A stretch of DNA of 64,000 bases, from NCBI GenBank assembly GCA_964016885.1, contig OZ024741.1:385702001-385766000 (forward strand), written 5' to 3'. The notes below the pieces were generated by a model. It worked only from the letters and a program-made list of their open reading frames with translations, had not been told where the DNA came from and did not search any database. The position numbers and the translations under genes are program-made. This DNA comes from Eledone cirrhosa. Its lineage: Eukaryota. Position 1 is the first letter of the stretch; each line of letters begins with the position of its first letter. This document shows positions 63,030 through 64,000 of the stretch, piece by piece.

Positions 63030-63850
63030 TAGTATACAATTGAAGTGATCTAAGTGTTGGCCACCTTCACATGACCTTTGAGGAACAGCATTTTTCTCAG
63101 CCCATTTCTGAGTGAGATTAGTTCATGACCTTTTACAGTTCTTTGTCTACTTAAATGTCGAGTTGAAACCAGATCCTGAGCACTTTAACTAGGCTGGCAT
63201 GAGCTTGCCTTTTCATGTGCTGAGTTGCAAGCCGACTGACTTGTTTTGGTTGAAGTGAGCTCCTCTAAATTGCTGGTATATTTCTCGTATCTAACCCCAT
63301 AATGGGGTCATCTCTACACACAAACATAACTCTCTTGTATCCCAGTTTAAAGTGGAATTCCTCTCAGTTCTTTACAACAGAGATTCCAATGCTAACACAT
63401 AAAGCAGATAGGTAAGGGATTATCCTTGATAAACCAAGCAATCAATGAAAAATGATTCTGATAAATGGCCATTTAGTCGGAATACCGAACAAGTGCTGCT
63501 GTACGATGGAGCAATACAGTTTCTGTAAACAGGACCAAAAACAGCTGCGTTTAAAACAGCCTCCAAGTAGCAATGGTTGATCCAGTCAAATGCTCTGCTT
63601 CCTCACTGAAGCCAGATCTATTTTCAAACCACTTGATGATGTATCACATGAGGCAGAGGAATTCATGGATAGATCTGCCAAGGATCGAAACAGGTTCACT
63701 TGTTTCCAAATATACTATCAATAGCAAGTGCTAACCTATTGATGAATAACTGTGAAAATCTTCAGCCCTGTGTTCAGTAGAATTACAGGCCTGAAGTTCT
63801 CTATCATATTCTCCTGGTTCAGATCTTTTCTTAGCTGTGTTATCACTCCC
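63030..63850 (-). mobile_element. Second Tx1/L1-clade RT fragment
   Basis: ENFRPVILLNTGLKIF, FRLNGHLSESF and LLYVLALESLL on the minus strand, decayed. Confidence 0.7.
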
Positions 63851-64000
63851 ACTGGCTCAAAACACTGCTGGAACTGAGTAGCACAAACCTATTGTATACC
63901 ATCAACGACTGAATTGTGGCTTATTTGCCATGTCACACCTACACTATCAAATGACTCTCATTCTCTTGACACAACTGAAGGTTCTCCCAACCCTTTGTTT

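Overview
AT-rich, repeat-dense animal genomic DNA; the SINE/RTE/Penelope/Helitron mix and microsatellites suggest a coleoid cephalopod such as an octopus (inference, not verified). The window holds one complete protein-coding gene, Cullin-4 (CUL4), on the minus strand. I reconstructed 22 coding exons by hand from 56114 down to the stop at 6890 (3819 nt, 1272 aa if the first AUG is used), with every splice phase consistent. Intron 2 (41641..33510) is a U12-type AT-AC minor intron. The most unusual feature is exon 1. A weak-context AUG (56114), overlapped by a 7-codon uORF, opens a 512-codon low-complexity extension with a putative NLS and no AUG in any frame for about 1.5 kb. It is followed by a strong-context AUG (54578) at the position of a CUL4A-like N-terminus. 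This suggests one gene making both a long (CUL4B-like) and a short (CUL4A-like) cullin by leaky scanning or reinitiation. Introns and flanks carry decayed Helitrons, RTE, CR1, Tx1/L1, R4-like and CRE-like LINE fragments, Penelope-like remnants with degenerate hammerhead motifs, two tRNA-SINE families, and piggyBac- and hAT-type MITEs.
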